NCBI RefSeq assembly: GCF_009834535.1
Contig: NC_045697.1
Location: forward strand, 20,214,001 to 20,278,000
DNA length: 64,000 nt
From: Camelus ferus
Taxonomy: Eukaryota
Reading direction: 5' to 3'
Position 1 is the first letter of the stretch; every line of letters starts with the position of its first letter. Under the pieces are notes generated by a model. The model was not told the origin of the DNA. It worked only from the letters and a program-made list of their open reading frames with translations, and ran no database searches. The translations under genes and the position numbers were made by a program. Below are positions 12,131 through 23,950 of the stretch, one piece after another.

Positions 12131-13894
12131 GATCCATGGAGATAAACCAACAATTGGCTGGATGGTTCTCAGTCTCTCCTTGGTTCAATCATTCCTTCTG
12201 CCCCCACTTTCTTCTTCTGCCCTAGAACTCACCCTCTCCCTAATTCGACAGTATGCATAAAAAGAGGAGTCGATGTATTCTCCTACAGGAATATTAAGCT
12301 TTTATTTTCTCATCTGTAAAATGGTTATCATGATACATATCCCAGTTGGTGCCATTGTAAGGTTGATTCTTCCACATAAGGTACTCAGAATCGAATCTAC
12401 TATGTTAATTTTATTGATGAATTCCCAGATTATTCTAATTTAGTTTGCACTGACAGAGAGCAGTGAAATTAGCTGTATGATTTTTTTTTTTTTTTACATT
12501 TAAAGTCCCTGGTTTGTGATAGCTCTAACTGTGTAAGTAAATTTTCCAAGGAGCACTAGGTTCTATATGCATATGTCAGAAAATATCTATTAATAATATT
12601 AAGTGATTAGGGAATTAGAAGTAACAGCTTTACATTATTGAAAGAAAACATTATTTTTTAAGAAAATCAGTTTGGTCTTTGGTCAAATGACCCACTCTAT
12701 ATTTTGCCAGTTATTTATGGTGCAAGCATTTTTAAATAGATTTCTGCTACAAATGTCTCTCAAACATGCTAGCTATACATAGAAGGAGTACTTCACCTTT
12801 TCATTCAAAAATCAATGCACCTTACCATGGTTTCACTGATAGAACATCTTCAATAGTAATCTGAACTGATTTTTACGGAGATATGACAACCGAGCATTTT
12901 AACAGAGCAGAGAAATACTCCATGAGACATACTGCCTCATTTAATATTTACATTTGGTTAGCACTTTGCATCTATTAAGAGCATGGCAATCATTTCTATT
13001 AGTTAACAGTGAGTAAAGTCAATATTGTTTCTCACACTTTTCAAAGAAAATATTTAAGTGCAGAGAAATGAAGTGATTTCAGCCATGCAAGTAAGAAAGT
13101 GGTGATTTGTGAGTTCCACTGTCAGCTTAAAGATACTGTTAGATTATTACTCTCACTTAAATTACCAACCCAGTATTTGCTCATTCTCACAAGAGAGTGA
13201 GGAAAAAATGCCCAAAGATCACAATGACTGCCCTCTTTTTATAAGCCTATATCTATTTAGAGAGAAATAAAATTTAAAAACTAGAACCAAAACTATTAAA
13301 TATGCTATCGTCATATCTTCTTTAAATCCTTTCTCTCTTACCATATATATATGTCATGCCTAAGATGTTCTAGCTTCAGTAGGAAATTAAGAAGTATAAA
13401 GAGAAGTAATTGGCTGAACTGTAGACTAAATTGTGATGCTGTTAGATGTACAGTCGAAGCTTTTAGCACTTATAATTATTTCATTTCACTCTAAATTTTA
13501 GCAAAATCTTCTTTCTAAATAAAATTTCAAAAAATTTGCTCTTGATAAGAAGTGAGAAAGTGGTTAGCCCAAATTTGGTTTTGGTGGAGGACCATATAAT
13601 CAAGTATAGAATTTCAAGCAAAAACAAGAATCTCAACAAATATTTCCTGATTTAAAAATTAATTAATTTAGTATAATGTAAGATAGCTATAGAGCTTAGC
13701 AGCAATAAGCATTACAAATGTTATCAAAACTCAGAAGCAGAATTTCTAGAGCTATTTAATGTGATGCTAGTATAGCCTTCTCTAATTTACTTTAAATTAT
13801 TTAGTCACATATACTTTGAGCATTTACTATGCTGACAGTCAAAAAATATATAGGCAACAGACAAGTAAAATTATAGTTAAAAATGAATTAGTAA

Positions 13895-14045
13895 GAGAAT
13901 GTGACAATGAATATATGTATGTTCATGTATAACTGAAAAATTGTGCTCTACACTGAAAATTGACACATTATAAACTGACTATAACTCAATAAATAAAAAT
14001 AAAAAAAAATAAAAGACAGAAACCACTTAACCATCTCAATAGAAA
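13895..14045 (+). mobile_element. Young 5'-truncated L1 3' end with polyA, an extra 28-bp segment and a second A-run
   Basis: 'gaatgtgacaatgaatatatgtatgttcatg...tataactcaataaa' is homologous to the antisense L1 3' end at 45420-45530. Imperfect TSD: aaaaatgaattagtaa (13879-13894) and aaaaatgagttaagtaa (14046-14062). Confidence 0.85.
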
Positions 14046-14939
14046 AAAAATGAGTTAAGTAACTTAATGTATGTAAAAGCATATTGGAAACAGCCTTATT
14101 ATAATCATGTTTATCTTCTCTCACATTCTGAATTATTTAAGTATCTGCTGTTTGTCTTGCAAGCATATGGCTTACACTTTGGGGCACCAGGAATACTGAA
14201 ATGAGAATCTGTATATAGAAATGGTGTGGTTCAGAAAAAGCGAGAAATCCTTAAAAGCCAAATTATCCCCATAATTTTCATTTTAGTCTACATAATTCCC
14301 CTTTTCCTTGATACCTTGATTTGATCTTCCAAGATGTACAAGCTAGTAGTCTCTCTTCCCACTTTGACATGTCCCAGAAAAACTTTGCAGTAGAATAGGA
14401 AAAAGGGGTAAATAAAACTGAAAGCTTCTCACTGCTCTCATAGAATAAGCATATGACCTTAGGCAAACCAATTAATGCACTGGAATTTCCATTTCCCCAT
14501 CTTCAATATAGAAATAATGACATGGTGTCTCAAGGGGAGGTTGTAATAAAATTAATAGAAATTTAGAAATGGTCTAATATCCAAGGTCCATATCTGACAT
14601 CAAAGAAAATAAAATGGCAGACAGCTTGATGTCATGGAATCCATTGGGTTTTGAACTGTGGATTTTAAGATATCTACCTTTTCTGGTATTTCGTTTTTTC
14701 TTCAAGAGGAGGTAAGGTACTTTTAAAAAGTCTATAATATATGTGTTCTTACCAAGCTTTATTTTCTTACTATCACCAAAGCTAGCAAAGATTTATAAAA
14801 CCGTCACTGCTCAAGGCCAATCTATTGACTTGGTGTCAACTCTACTTCTATTTAGAGATAAGACTGAAAAAAAAAATAAAAGAAGAAGAAGCAAAAGAAT
14901 AAAAAACAAACAAAAATGAATTTTATGTTCAATTTTATG

Positions 14940-15420
14940 TTAAGTAAAGAAGAAGCTACTGAATGTCTTTAAGCAGGAAAATGGTATAATCAGATTTCTG
15001 TGTATTACTTGGAGACAAAATTGCAAAGGCACAGGAGTAAAGAGTCAGAAGAATGTTGCCTTGACCACATGAAAGATGATAGTGACTTGATCTAGGCCAT
15101 TATCAGAGAACCTGGAGAGTTGGAAATAATAATTAAAGGATAGGGAAGAGGTTGATTGAACAGTACTTAATGAGCAGTTGTCTATGGGAAGTAAAGACGA
15201 GGAAAGAGTCAAGAATAATGCTCAGGTTTTTGGTGTGGGTCACTGGTAGTGCTTTTCATGGAGTAGGGGGCCAAAGGAAGATCAATTTGGAAGGACGTAT
15301 AGTTAATACATTCCATTTTGAACTTGTATGTGTTGAGGTGCCCATGGAGTAGCAAGTGGACTTTTCCAGGATAAGTGTTTATATCTGAATATATATGTCT
15401 GAAAATGGCAAATATCTTCA
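14940..15420 (-). mobile_element. L2 fragment
   Basis: 'gagtcaagaataatgctcaggtttttgg...ttccattttgaacttgtatgtgttgaggtgcc' antisense L2 motifs. Confidence 0.65.
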
Positions 15421-16089
15421 GCCTCAGTGGTGAAGGGAACCATTCAAAATTTTCATCAATTGTCTATTATGGATGAGCCTTGATTAAGGTGTTGGTTGCC
15501 TCATAATAGAAAAGCAAAATATGAATATGGACTTTACTCTTACCAATTCTACCAAATCACCCTGGATTGAAGTGTACAGTGAGAGAATAAGACTGGTATC
15601 AGAGTTATTGGCAGGACAAAACTGATATTACCAGGAAAAAAACAATAGAAAGTTGCCTACCATATACTCTTTCTACTTTTTATATTTTCTACTTTCTGTC
15701 TGAATTCAAAGTAATTATCTCATATTTCTTTAGGATTAAAGTTCAGAGATTCTGTTAGCTTACTACTTTTTAAAAATTACTCCTCATTCATTCTTTCCTT
15801 TTTTTTTTTTTTTTTTTGTCCAAACAAGCATTGAGTTGAGTACATCTAAGTTTCATTTTAGGTGTTCTTCTGGGTGCTGAGGACACAACTGTGACGAACA
15901 CATTCTCTGAAGTCAGAATATACATAGTTCTTCCTCTGTTGAAATTACATAATCTGTTGCATTTTTTCCTATCATCATAGGGATTTTGGTAGCAGAAAAA
16001 TATTGATTATATCCAAGTGATGTTTAAATAACAGGAGTGATGACAGTGGAGCAGACAGTTCTGAAGGACAAGGGGAGCTCTGAGATAGC

Positions 16090-16412
16090 CATTACTGCTA
16101 CTCAGCCTTAGTTTTGATTCTCCCCCTACCGGGCAGGCACATGGCAAGACTGATGCTCCTCACTTCTCCTAAAGTGAGGCACAATTATGTGATTTGAGTT
16201 GGCCAACAAATGAGGCCTTTAAGTCTCATCCTCTGTTGGCAGTAGTCCAGATATAAGGCGACTCCATATGGGATCCCAAAGGAAAATATGAAGACTCCTC
16301 TGCTTACTCAAGATATGTGGCATGCGAAAAATATGCCTTTTCTGCTTTAAACTGCTAAGATCATGGGGGCTGTTTGCTGTAGTAACACACGCTAGTCCAT
16401 CCTGGTCAATAC
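16090..16412 (+). mobile_element. Old MaLR LTR (MLT1H/I-like)
   Basis: 3' end 'ttaaactgctaagatcatgggggctgtttgctgtagtaacacacgctagtccatcctggtcaata'. Confidence 0.6.
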
Positions 16413-17407
16413 GGGAGCCAACCTACAAATACCAACGATAAAGGTCAACTAACAAACCGACTTTTATTTTATAGTTTTGGATAGTGATTGCTCTGTTTAT
16501 AATATGAGTAATGGGGAGGCACAAATAAGGTGAAGAGGGGGATAAGGGTGGAAATTTTTCTGCTTCTTGTATACTATCACATTGATGATTGACTTTAAAG
16601 AAGTGCAGTTTCTCTGTAGCCAGCATGTGTTGAGCTGACAAGATTCCAGTCTGCTTATGACATAATGGAGACTTGAGGAATACCGAACTCAAATGTTTGC
16701 AGACTCATTTGATTAATGCTCTCCAGAGACTGAACTTCACTGAAGAATAAGTTTCAGGGCTTTTTTGCTGATTAATTATTTGAAGAATTGTAAAAGGAAA
16801 AGATAGTAGTTGATGGAAATATTTTTTGCACAGTTTTATTCAATGGATACAACATGTGCTGACAAACAAGACATTATACTCATTTGTATCTCACAAACTT
16901 GAAGGTTTGAATATCAAATGTTTGATACTTTTGCTGTGGTATCTTGACAGTTCTGTGTTTGACTCCGGGATAAGCTATCAGTCAATAATCTCTTGAGAAC
17001 TGAATATTAGAGAAAGCTAAGTGTTTATTTCATCAGCTTTTTGATACATATAATAGTTTCTGTTTCAACCTGCAGGCCAATTCATCTCAAAGTGCTTGGC
17101 AGTTTAAATATCACCTCTGCACATGTAATAAGAAAAGAATATCCTTAATAATGAGTGATGGCAGAGCTAATTTAACAGGAGCAGTGAGTACAGAAATATT
17201 AAAGCTTTACTCATTAACTTTTAACCAGGGCAATGTTGAGCAACTCCGTGATGTGTTATCTTTTCATTTTCTGCACTGTCTGACAGCACATCTTTGGTGG
17301 TTAAAATCAAGGTGAGAGGAGTGAGAATAAGAGGCCTGGATGATCCATTAGAATAGTTGATGAGAAGTTCAAAGTCTTATTTTATAAAATGTTAGACTCT
17401 TCTAGAC

Positions 17408-17560
17408 CAGTGATTCTCAACGATAGATGACTTTTCTCCCAAGGGACATTTGACAATCTGGAGACATTCTTAGTTGTGGCTACCGGGAGGTTAGGATGGG
17501 TGCTACTGGCACCTAGAGTGTAGCCCAGTATGACCATAATGTCAACACTGAGAAATCCAG
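17408..17560. mobile_element. MER20 hAT MITE, internally deleted
   Basis: 'cagtgattctcaac...gggacatttgacaatctggagacatt...tgctactggcacctag...aatgtcaac..tgagaaatcc'. Confidence 0.75.
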
Positions 17561-18399
17561 TTCTAGGTCAGCCTCCTCACTTTACAGAGACTATATCCAA
17601 GACTTGTGCATCCATACTAAAATACTTACTCAATGCCAGGTTATCCAAGGTCTTGTGCTGAGTATATGGACTGAAAAAATAAACCAAAACAGTCAAAATC
17701 CTGCCTTCAGGATGTTTTGGGTTAGAGGATGAGGGAAGAGGTGTTGTGACCCATAGAAATCCTTTTAGCAGAAACTTTAAGTAAAAATACCTGAAATTTT
17801 TGAAGCCTAAAATTATCCTGTGTTCATGCTTGTATCCCCTTCTTACACCCCAAGCCCTGACATCCAGTAGCCTAATAAAGGTTAAGTAAAGAAATAAACC
17901 AAAGAAACTCATTATCATGCATCAAAACAAAAACCCTAAAGTTCTATTATTCAATTACTATTTTATAGAACAATAATGGATTCTAAGCACATTTCTAAAT
18001 TTTAGACATACTGAATTTAATAAAAGAGGCAAAGATCTTTCCTCTCATGGAACTGATGTTTTAGAAAGAGGAGGTATAAAAACTAAATAACTAAGTAAGT
18101 TATATAATATTTAAGGCCCTTAGCAAGGTGAGTAAGAGCTGAAGAGGAAAAAAGTGGTTATTTGCCTAGATGATTGATTTGTAGTAAACAGTCCCACTAA
18201 AAATTACCTGGAACATCCATGACAATTATCAGGACAACTTTTCTGCTAAATAAAATATTTAAGCTTAAGATAGAGAAAAATGAAGAATGATGTAAGGTGT
18301 TCTAGGGGTGGAAACAGAGTTAAACTGTAAAACAGTGTGATTGGGAGATAACTCACTGGAAAGGTGATAGCCGGGCAAAAGCCAGAGGAGAAGAGGCAG

Positions 18400-19050
18400 T
18401 GAACCATGTAGATTCAAGGCCAGTGGGTTGAGGCATGGGTGTTGATGTTCCAAGGACAAGGAATGATGAAAGGCATACAAATGAGCTAATATTCCTGGAG
18501 TAAAATAAAGAGAAACAGAATAGGAAATAGCGTCTTAGAGATTAAAGACTGGGGGATTTGGAGGTGAAGTTAGACTCTCCCAGCTCATGGTGAAGTCTTC
18601 AGTTTTCACCCAGACTAACATGAGGAGCCAACGGCAGGTGTCAGTGGTGGAGGGAAGGATCTGACTCACCTATGACAGAGTCACTTTGACTGCTGTGTTG
18701 AGACAGTCTGAGGTGGTGGGGATGTAAAAGGGGGAATGAAGGGCCAGAGGGGACCAGCTGGGTGGTTATCTCCATAATCCCAGTGACTGATGATGGTGAC
18801 CTGGACCATAGTGGGAGATCTTGAGAAATGTTCATTTTCTGCATACATTTTGACCATTATGAAGATAAAGCTAAGAGAATCTGCAAGTGGATGGAATGTG
18901 AAGTATAAGAGAAAGAGAGGATCATGGGTGACTAAGGATTTGGTCATGAACAATTAGGGGTTTGAAGTTTCCATTTACTGAGATAGTAAAGATTGTTGGA
19001 GAAGCAGGCTGAGCAGAGGGTAGGAGGGTATTATCAGAAGCTCAGATTCA
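18400..19050 (-). mobile_element. L2 fragment
   Basis: 'atggtgacctggacca...gatggaatgtgaagtataagagaaagagaggatc...ttccatttactgagat'. Confidence 0.7.
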
Positions 19051-22000
19051 AAAAGTCATTGGTCTTAGGTTATTTACCTAAAAGGAAACTATATAACTTG
19101 AAAGTCATCTGAAAAAATGTTGAACATATAAACAGACAGGCTTCTCACAGCAAGTATCTAAAATGTGTCTGTGTCATAATTCTACCTTTATCTTTTACTC
19201 CTTTGAACCCAACTGTCTCTTGAATTCTTTTCAAAATAGACTAATTCTTACATATTATATTTCTGATTGTGCCTTTCTGCTTCTCTGAGATTTGAGTTCT
19301 GGCGCAGGTTTCTTACAATAACATAATCACTTCCAGTTTCAACACATAGCAAGGTTATACATACTGATTAAACCATGACCACAGAGCTTCACAAGCCCTG
19401 ACAATGCATGTAGCCCTGGAGTCCACCAATTTTGCTGTAAAATAATCTGACAGCTGGAATACTGTATACCTGTAAAGATACAAAGAATTAGAAACATCTT
19501 TTTTCTCAATATCTGAAAACATGTCTAATAGCAAAAGTAATTATTTCGTAAGTTTAGAAATGTCTGTTAATTAAAAGAAACATACTATTATGCAGATAAG
19601 TAGTGATATAAATGGAATACAAACAATTTATGGTTGTGTACTCCTTAGAAAAGAGTTTTACCAAAAAGCCATTTTTTACTTTTCTTTCCCACCATGTCTG
19701 AGCTTAAGTATGGTCTGTATTTTCGTTTGTTTGATTTTAGTTTTTGCCTCGTGTTTGCCTTGTCTTTTGCTTTTCTTTTGTCAGGGCTACACGGATGCTC
19801 AGGAAAACTGTAGTTTAAGAAGAGATCCTTAAGTAATTTGAGTTTGTCTTCATCTACAGAAATATGTAAAATGAGTCTCTGTCTTGTCACTTCTATTTTA
19901 CTTATGGGTCTTCATGTTTTACGTGATGTTTAGGGTTAATGGATTTATGCACCATTTGTACAACTGCCACTCAGCGTCTGCAGTCTCTTTTGCTGAGCCT
20001 GCTAAAAGCAACATTTCCCCTCTTTGTAGTATCCTTTGTCCAATTCTCTGGGTGTAGCTGCACTTCCCAATTCACCTTTTCAGAATGAATGAGGATGGAA
20101 AAGGAAGGGGAATTAGCTTGGCATATAGACCTCACAAACTTTAAAGGATACAAATTGTCCGCCTGCGGACTGTAGAGTTGAAGTATACTATCTTGCATGC
20201 TTTGTTGAATTATTGATTCACTCTGTTCTATTTCTCGATCTCTTGTCTCACAAGCATAAAGCTGACCTGTGTATTAGAACCTTAATGACAGTTAGACCCT
20301 CATGAAGAAATATGCAGAGAGCAGATGAGATTTCCTAGAGGTTTACTGTGGGAAAATATGCTTCAGAAGCAGCTCAGGGATGCACATTACATACCACAGT
20401 GTAGTTTTAAAAGCATCTTAGAAACCACAGCATTATGCCTTGACATTTCAGGTCCATATGAGTTTTCTTCTGAGTGCCTGGCCCTGCTAAGATCTCACAG
20501 AGAGCCAGGTTTGCATCCCTTGGTAGGGAAGGAGACAGACTTGGGGAAAATTTGCAGGGTGGTAAAGATTCTGCAAAGTATGAACCTACCTTAACATTGA
20601 GAAGGGGGAACCCTAAAGCACTTCAGCTTATTTTTCATCGACTCTCATGTAAAGGGAAATCTATGTGAGTACTGTCCCTACAGGGTAGTACATTTATTTT
20701 TTAGGAAATATGTTCAGTAATACATTGGGGTTATAAACCCACTTCCTCAGCACCTCTGGCTGATGAATCTTCACATTTACAGCTATGTCTGTTACTGAGT
20801 GTAATGGAGAATCAGGAATGAGGCAGAGAGAGAGCAAAAGAGAAATTCAGAGAGACATAGAAACAATATATTGGGAAATTTCTATGGAAGAAATAGTACA
20901 TGGGTTTTAAAGAGGCAGTAAGTTTGCTTACCATCTTTACACACTCTGGAGCGCCCAGTCATACTCTGACAACAGATTAGAGGCTGAGATTTCTCCTGAC
21001 AAGGCCAAATCCTTACTGGTATTATTGTATACTATGTTTAGAGCTTTGGGGAATCTAACAGTGTGACAGTGACACAGTAAATGACAGCGAGTGGAAATCA
21101 GGACCCTTTGCTCGGTAGATCGGTCCACATACTTGAGCATCTGGGAGTATCAGACCGCTTCGCCAGATTTTACAGTCAGAGTACAGGTGGTGTAAGAATT
21201 AAATTCAATTTTTACTCCAAAGCTGAGATGAGTCGTAAAGAATCCATCATAGTTAACAGTAAGAAAATAAAATCAAAGTATGAAGGCTTGACAATTTCTA
21301 ACAAAACCAAATCAAAGAAAAAGAAAAACCTGCAAGAGTGGCAGAAGATTGTGGGTCAACATAGCACTGTTGGTCATAGGGCTTATTCAGACTGGTGATG
21401 CTGATTAAAGTACACTAGTAGGTACTGATGATACAGATTTGGAATATATAAAGTTGGAAAAAAATGAGCACTGGCTGAGGAAGAGAGACGGTTCGTTAAC
21501 AAGCTCTAAAAAATGTAAAAAAATTAATTTTGACTATTAGATTGTTCTATCTGATGCTAATGTGCAGCAAAATAAATATCTATTCCTCATATGTAGAAAC
21601 CTGATAATAGTTTGAGAAGACAGAATACGGCATGGGTGATAAATATGTTTAACATGATTACGTTAAATTTCCACTGAAGATGCCTCAATTTTAGAAACTG
21701 GAACTTACCCCTGTGCTTTTGGGTCTCAGTATATACGTTCTATAGTAAACCTATTCTTCAGAACTGAAACAGTTCCAATCCAGTCATGTTATAGATCCTT
21801 TTATATCTTCAGCAATGGATCCAGCACTCTTAAAATCCAGGAAAGCCCAAAATTTTGAGCCCAAAATCATATATCTCCTAATTTACCAGTAGCTAGCGCA
21901 CATGGCGCTTGGCACACTGCAGTCACACAGCGTATTTCCAAAATGCAAAATGCACATACGCTTAGTGACGTGTGATGTTCATAACACTCACGTTGACCAT

Positions 22001-22254
22001 GTGGTGGAACTAGTCTGCATGTCAGTGTTAGCATTACCAAACTACTTCTTGTATTTACTTGGAACACCGTATAAAATAACAATGCCACTTATGTAAATAT
22101 TCATTCCTAACTTCAACTCATGACATAGTTAACCCAGCCAGTCAGTCAAATTAAAAATTTCAGTACTCCCATCAAGAATTAGGTATGAATATAGTTTTAA
22201 GCATTTATGATAGCTTTAATCAAATTATGTTTAAAATACTTTATATGCTGTTTT

Positions 22255-22300
22255 TATTATTATTATTACTATTACTATTACTATTATTATTATTATTATT
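22255..22300. repeat. (TTA)/(CTA) trinucleotide microsatellite
   Basis: 'ttattattattattactattactattactattattattattattattatt' read directly. Confidence 0.9.
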
Positions 22301-23539
22301 GTATAAAAATGGTGGTTACATTTACTTGAGCAAATAATTTGAATTTGGAGATAGGCTAATCAGACATTAAAAGGCTCCATGAGCTCACACATGCAAAGTG
22401 CCTTTTTTAGATCTCCCATTCACAATCCCAGGCTAGAGAATGAGACTGCCACAGATCTGGCCTCTGGTGAGTCGCTGGCTCTTCGAGGAGTGTTTACTCC
22501 AATGACTCCCGCTGTGATTTAGGTTAGGCCACTTGCAGTTTCAATTCACAAGCACTTACGAAAATTCTCACTCAGATTTACTTAAGGGAGCCCCTTAAAC
22601 TTCAGACGGTTGTGTTGGATAATCACAGCCGCCCATTTACTCTAAGTGCTGGAGAAAGTAAACTCTAACATAACCTTTCCCAAGCTGCGCAAGTGCAAAA
22701 TAAAATTATTTTGCTGCTGAAGTTTAGTAAGCACCTGTTCCTAGCTGATTTAAGTGAGGCTGGATTTAATAAGAATCACGATATGCATTAAAGCAGGTCC
22801 AAATGTTTATATCATTTACTCACCGCATGGGAAAATAATTTAGTCCCAATTCTTTTAAAAGCGAATTCTTCTGTGATTTGAGTCCTTTCAGCAAAAATTC
22901 ATTAATTCATTAATTCTCATATAAATCTGTGTCCATCCGGGGTTGTCTCTCTCAATCTCTGGTGTCACATGCCATGCAATTTTTGACATTTTCTTCCTTT
23001 CCTCTTTCAGTAACCCATGGTTAGTGAGCAGCCTAGACAGCTAATGCCCACAAGCACAGCGATTCTTTGCCTCTGAACATGCTCTTTTCTCTCTCCGCCC
23101 TGAAATAAAGCCTGGGCACTCCAGCAACATCACCTGTGTTGTCATTGTGACCAACGATGTACTGAAGCCCTCTTGTAAGACAAAACCTCCAACTGTTACT
23201 ATTAAAGTGAAGAGAATAGTAAACTGCCGTCCTGTAATACATCCCAGAATTTTAATATGTGCTCCCTGGAGCTCATGAATATACCATAGATAGAGATCTT
23301 CCAGTTTCTTGGCTGTGGCATTGAGTAGATAGGGGCTATATTGAATGAAAAGACAGGGGTAGATGCAATGCTTTTACTGTATTGCAAGAAGATACATGCT
23401 TCTTGCATGGGTTGGGTGCCTGTGTTTACACTTGTGACTTATTTATCCAAAAGAAGGTGGATTTCCATAGCAAGAGCATAAGTTAAGCATTCTTCCCCCA
23501 ACCATAAGAAAGCATAAGGATAGGGGTAGCATAGTGTTA

Positions 23540-23950
23540 CAGGAAAGAAAGCAGATGATTGCAAATCACTTTGCAATCCATGAAGTTTTGTAAGTCAGGA
23601 TGAAGAATTTTGACTTTCTTTTCGGTGTGATTGAAAATCATCAAATTGTTTTAAGTAGAGAAATGATTTAATCTATTGTAGAGTTTTAAAGAGCAGGTGG
23701 TGGCTGTGTGAAGATTAGGTTGCATAGAATTTAGAGGGAATGTAAGAGGTCCAGTTAGAAAGCTATAGCTCTTAATGAAGGGGATGACGGAGGACTGCCC
23801 TAGGATGATCATGAGACAGAAAAATGCGTGAAGTCCATATGCTGTTTGGAGGTACGGCAGTAGGAATTGCACGTGAAGTATGTGGTGAATGAAAAAAAGG
23901 GAGGACTCAACGACTGTCTGTTTTCAGAGCCACTTCTGAAGATAAAAAGG
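23540..23950 (-). mobile_element. L2 fragment
   Basis: 'ttttaagtagagaaatgatttaatc...tggctgtgtgaagattagg...agaggtccagttagaaagcta'. Confidence 0.6.

Noticed and set aside
19760..19840. Plus-strand polypyrimidine tract and AG followed by a short possible exon
   Set aside because: Weak donor, a stop in the obvious frame and no partner exons; cannot support a gene call.
21081..21398. 105-aa ATG-initiated ORF in unique DNA
   Set aside because: No recognisable homology and a lysine-rich tail from A-rich sequence; length is compatible with chance.
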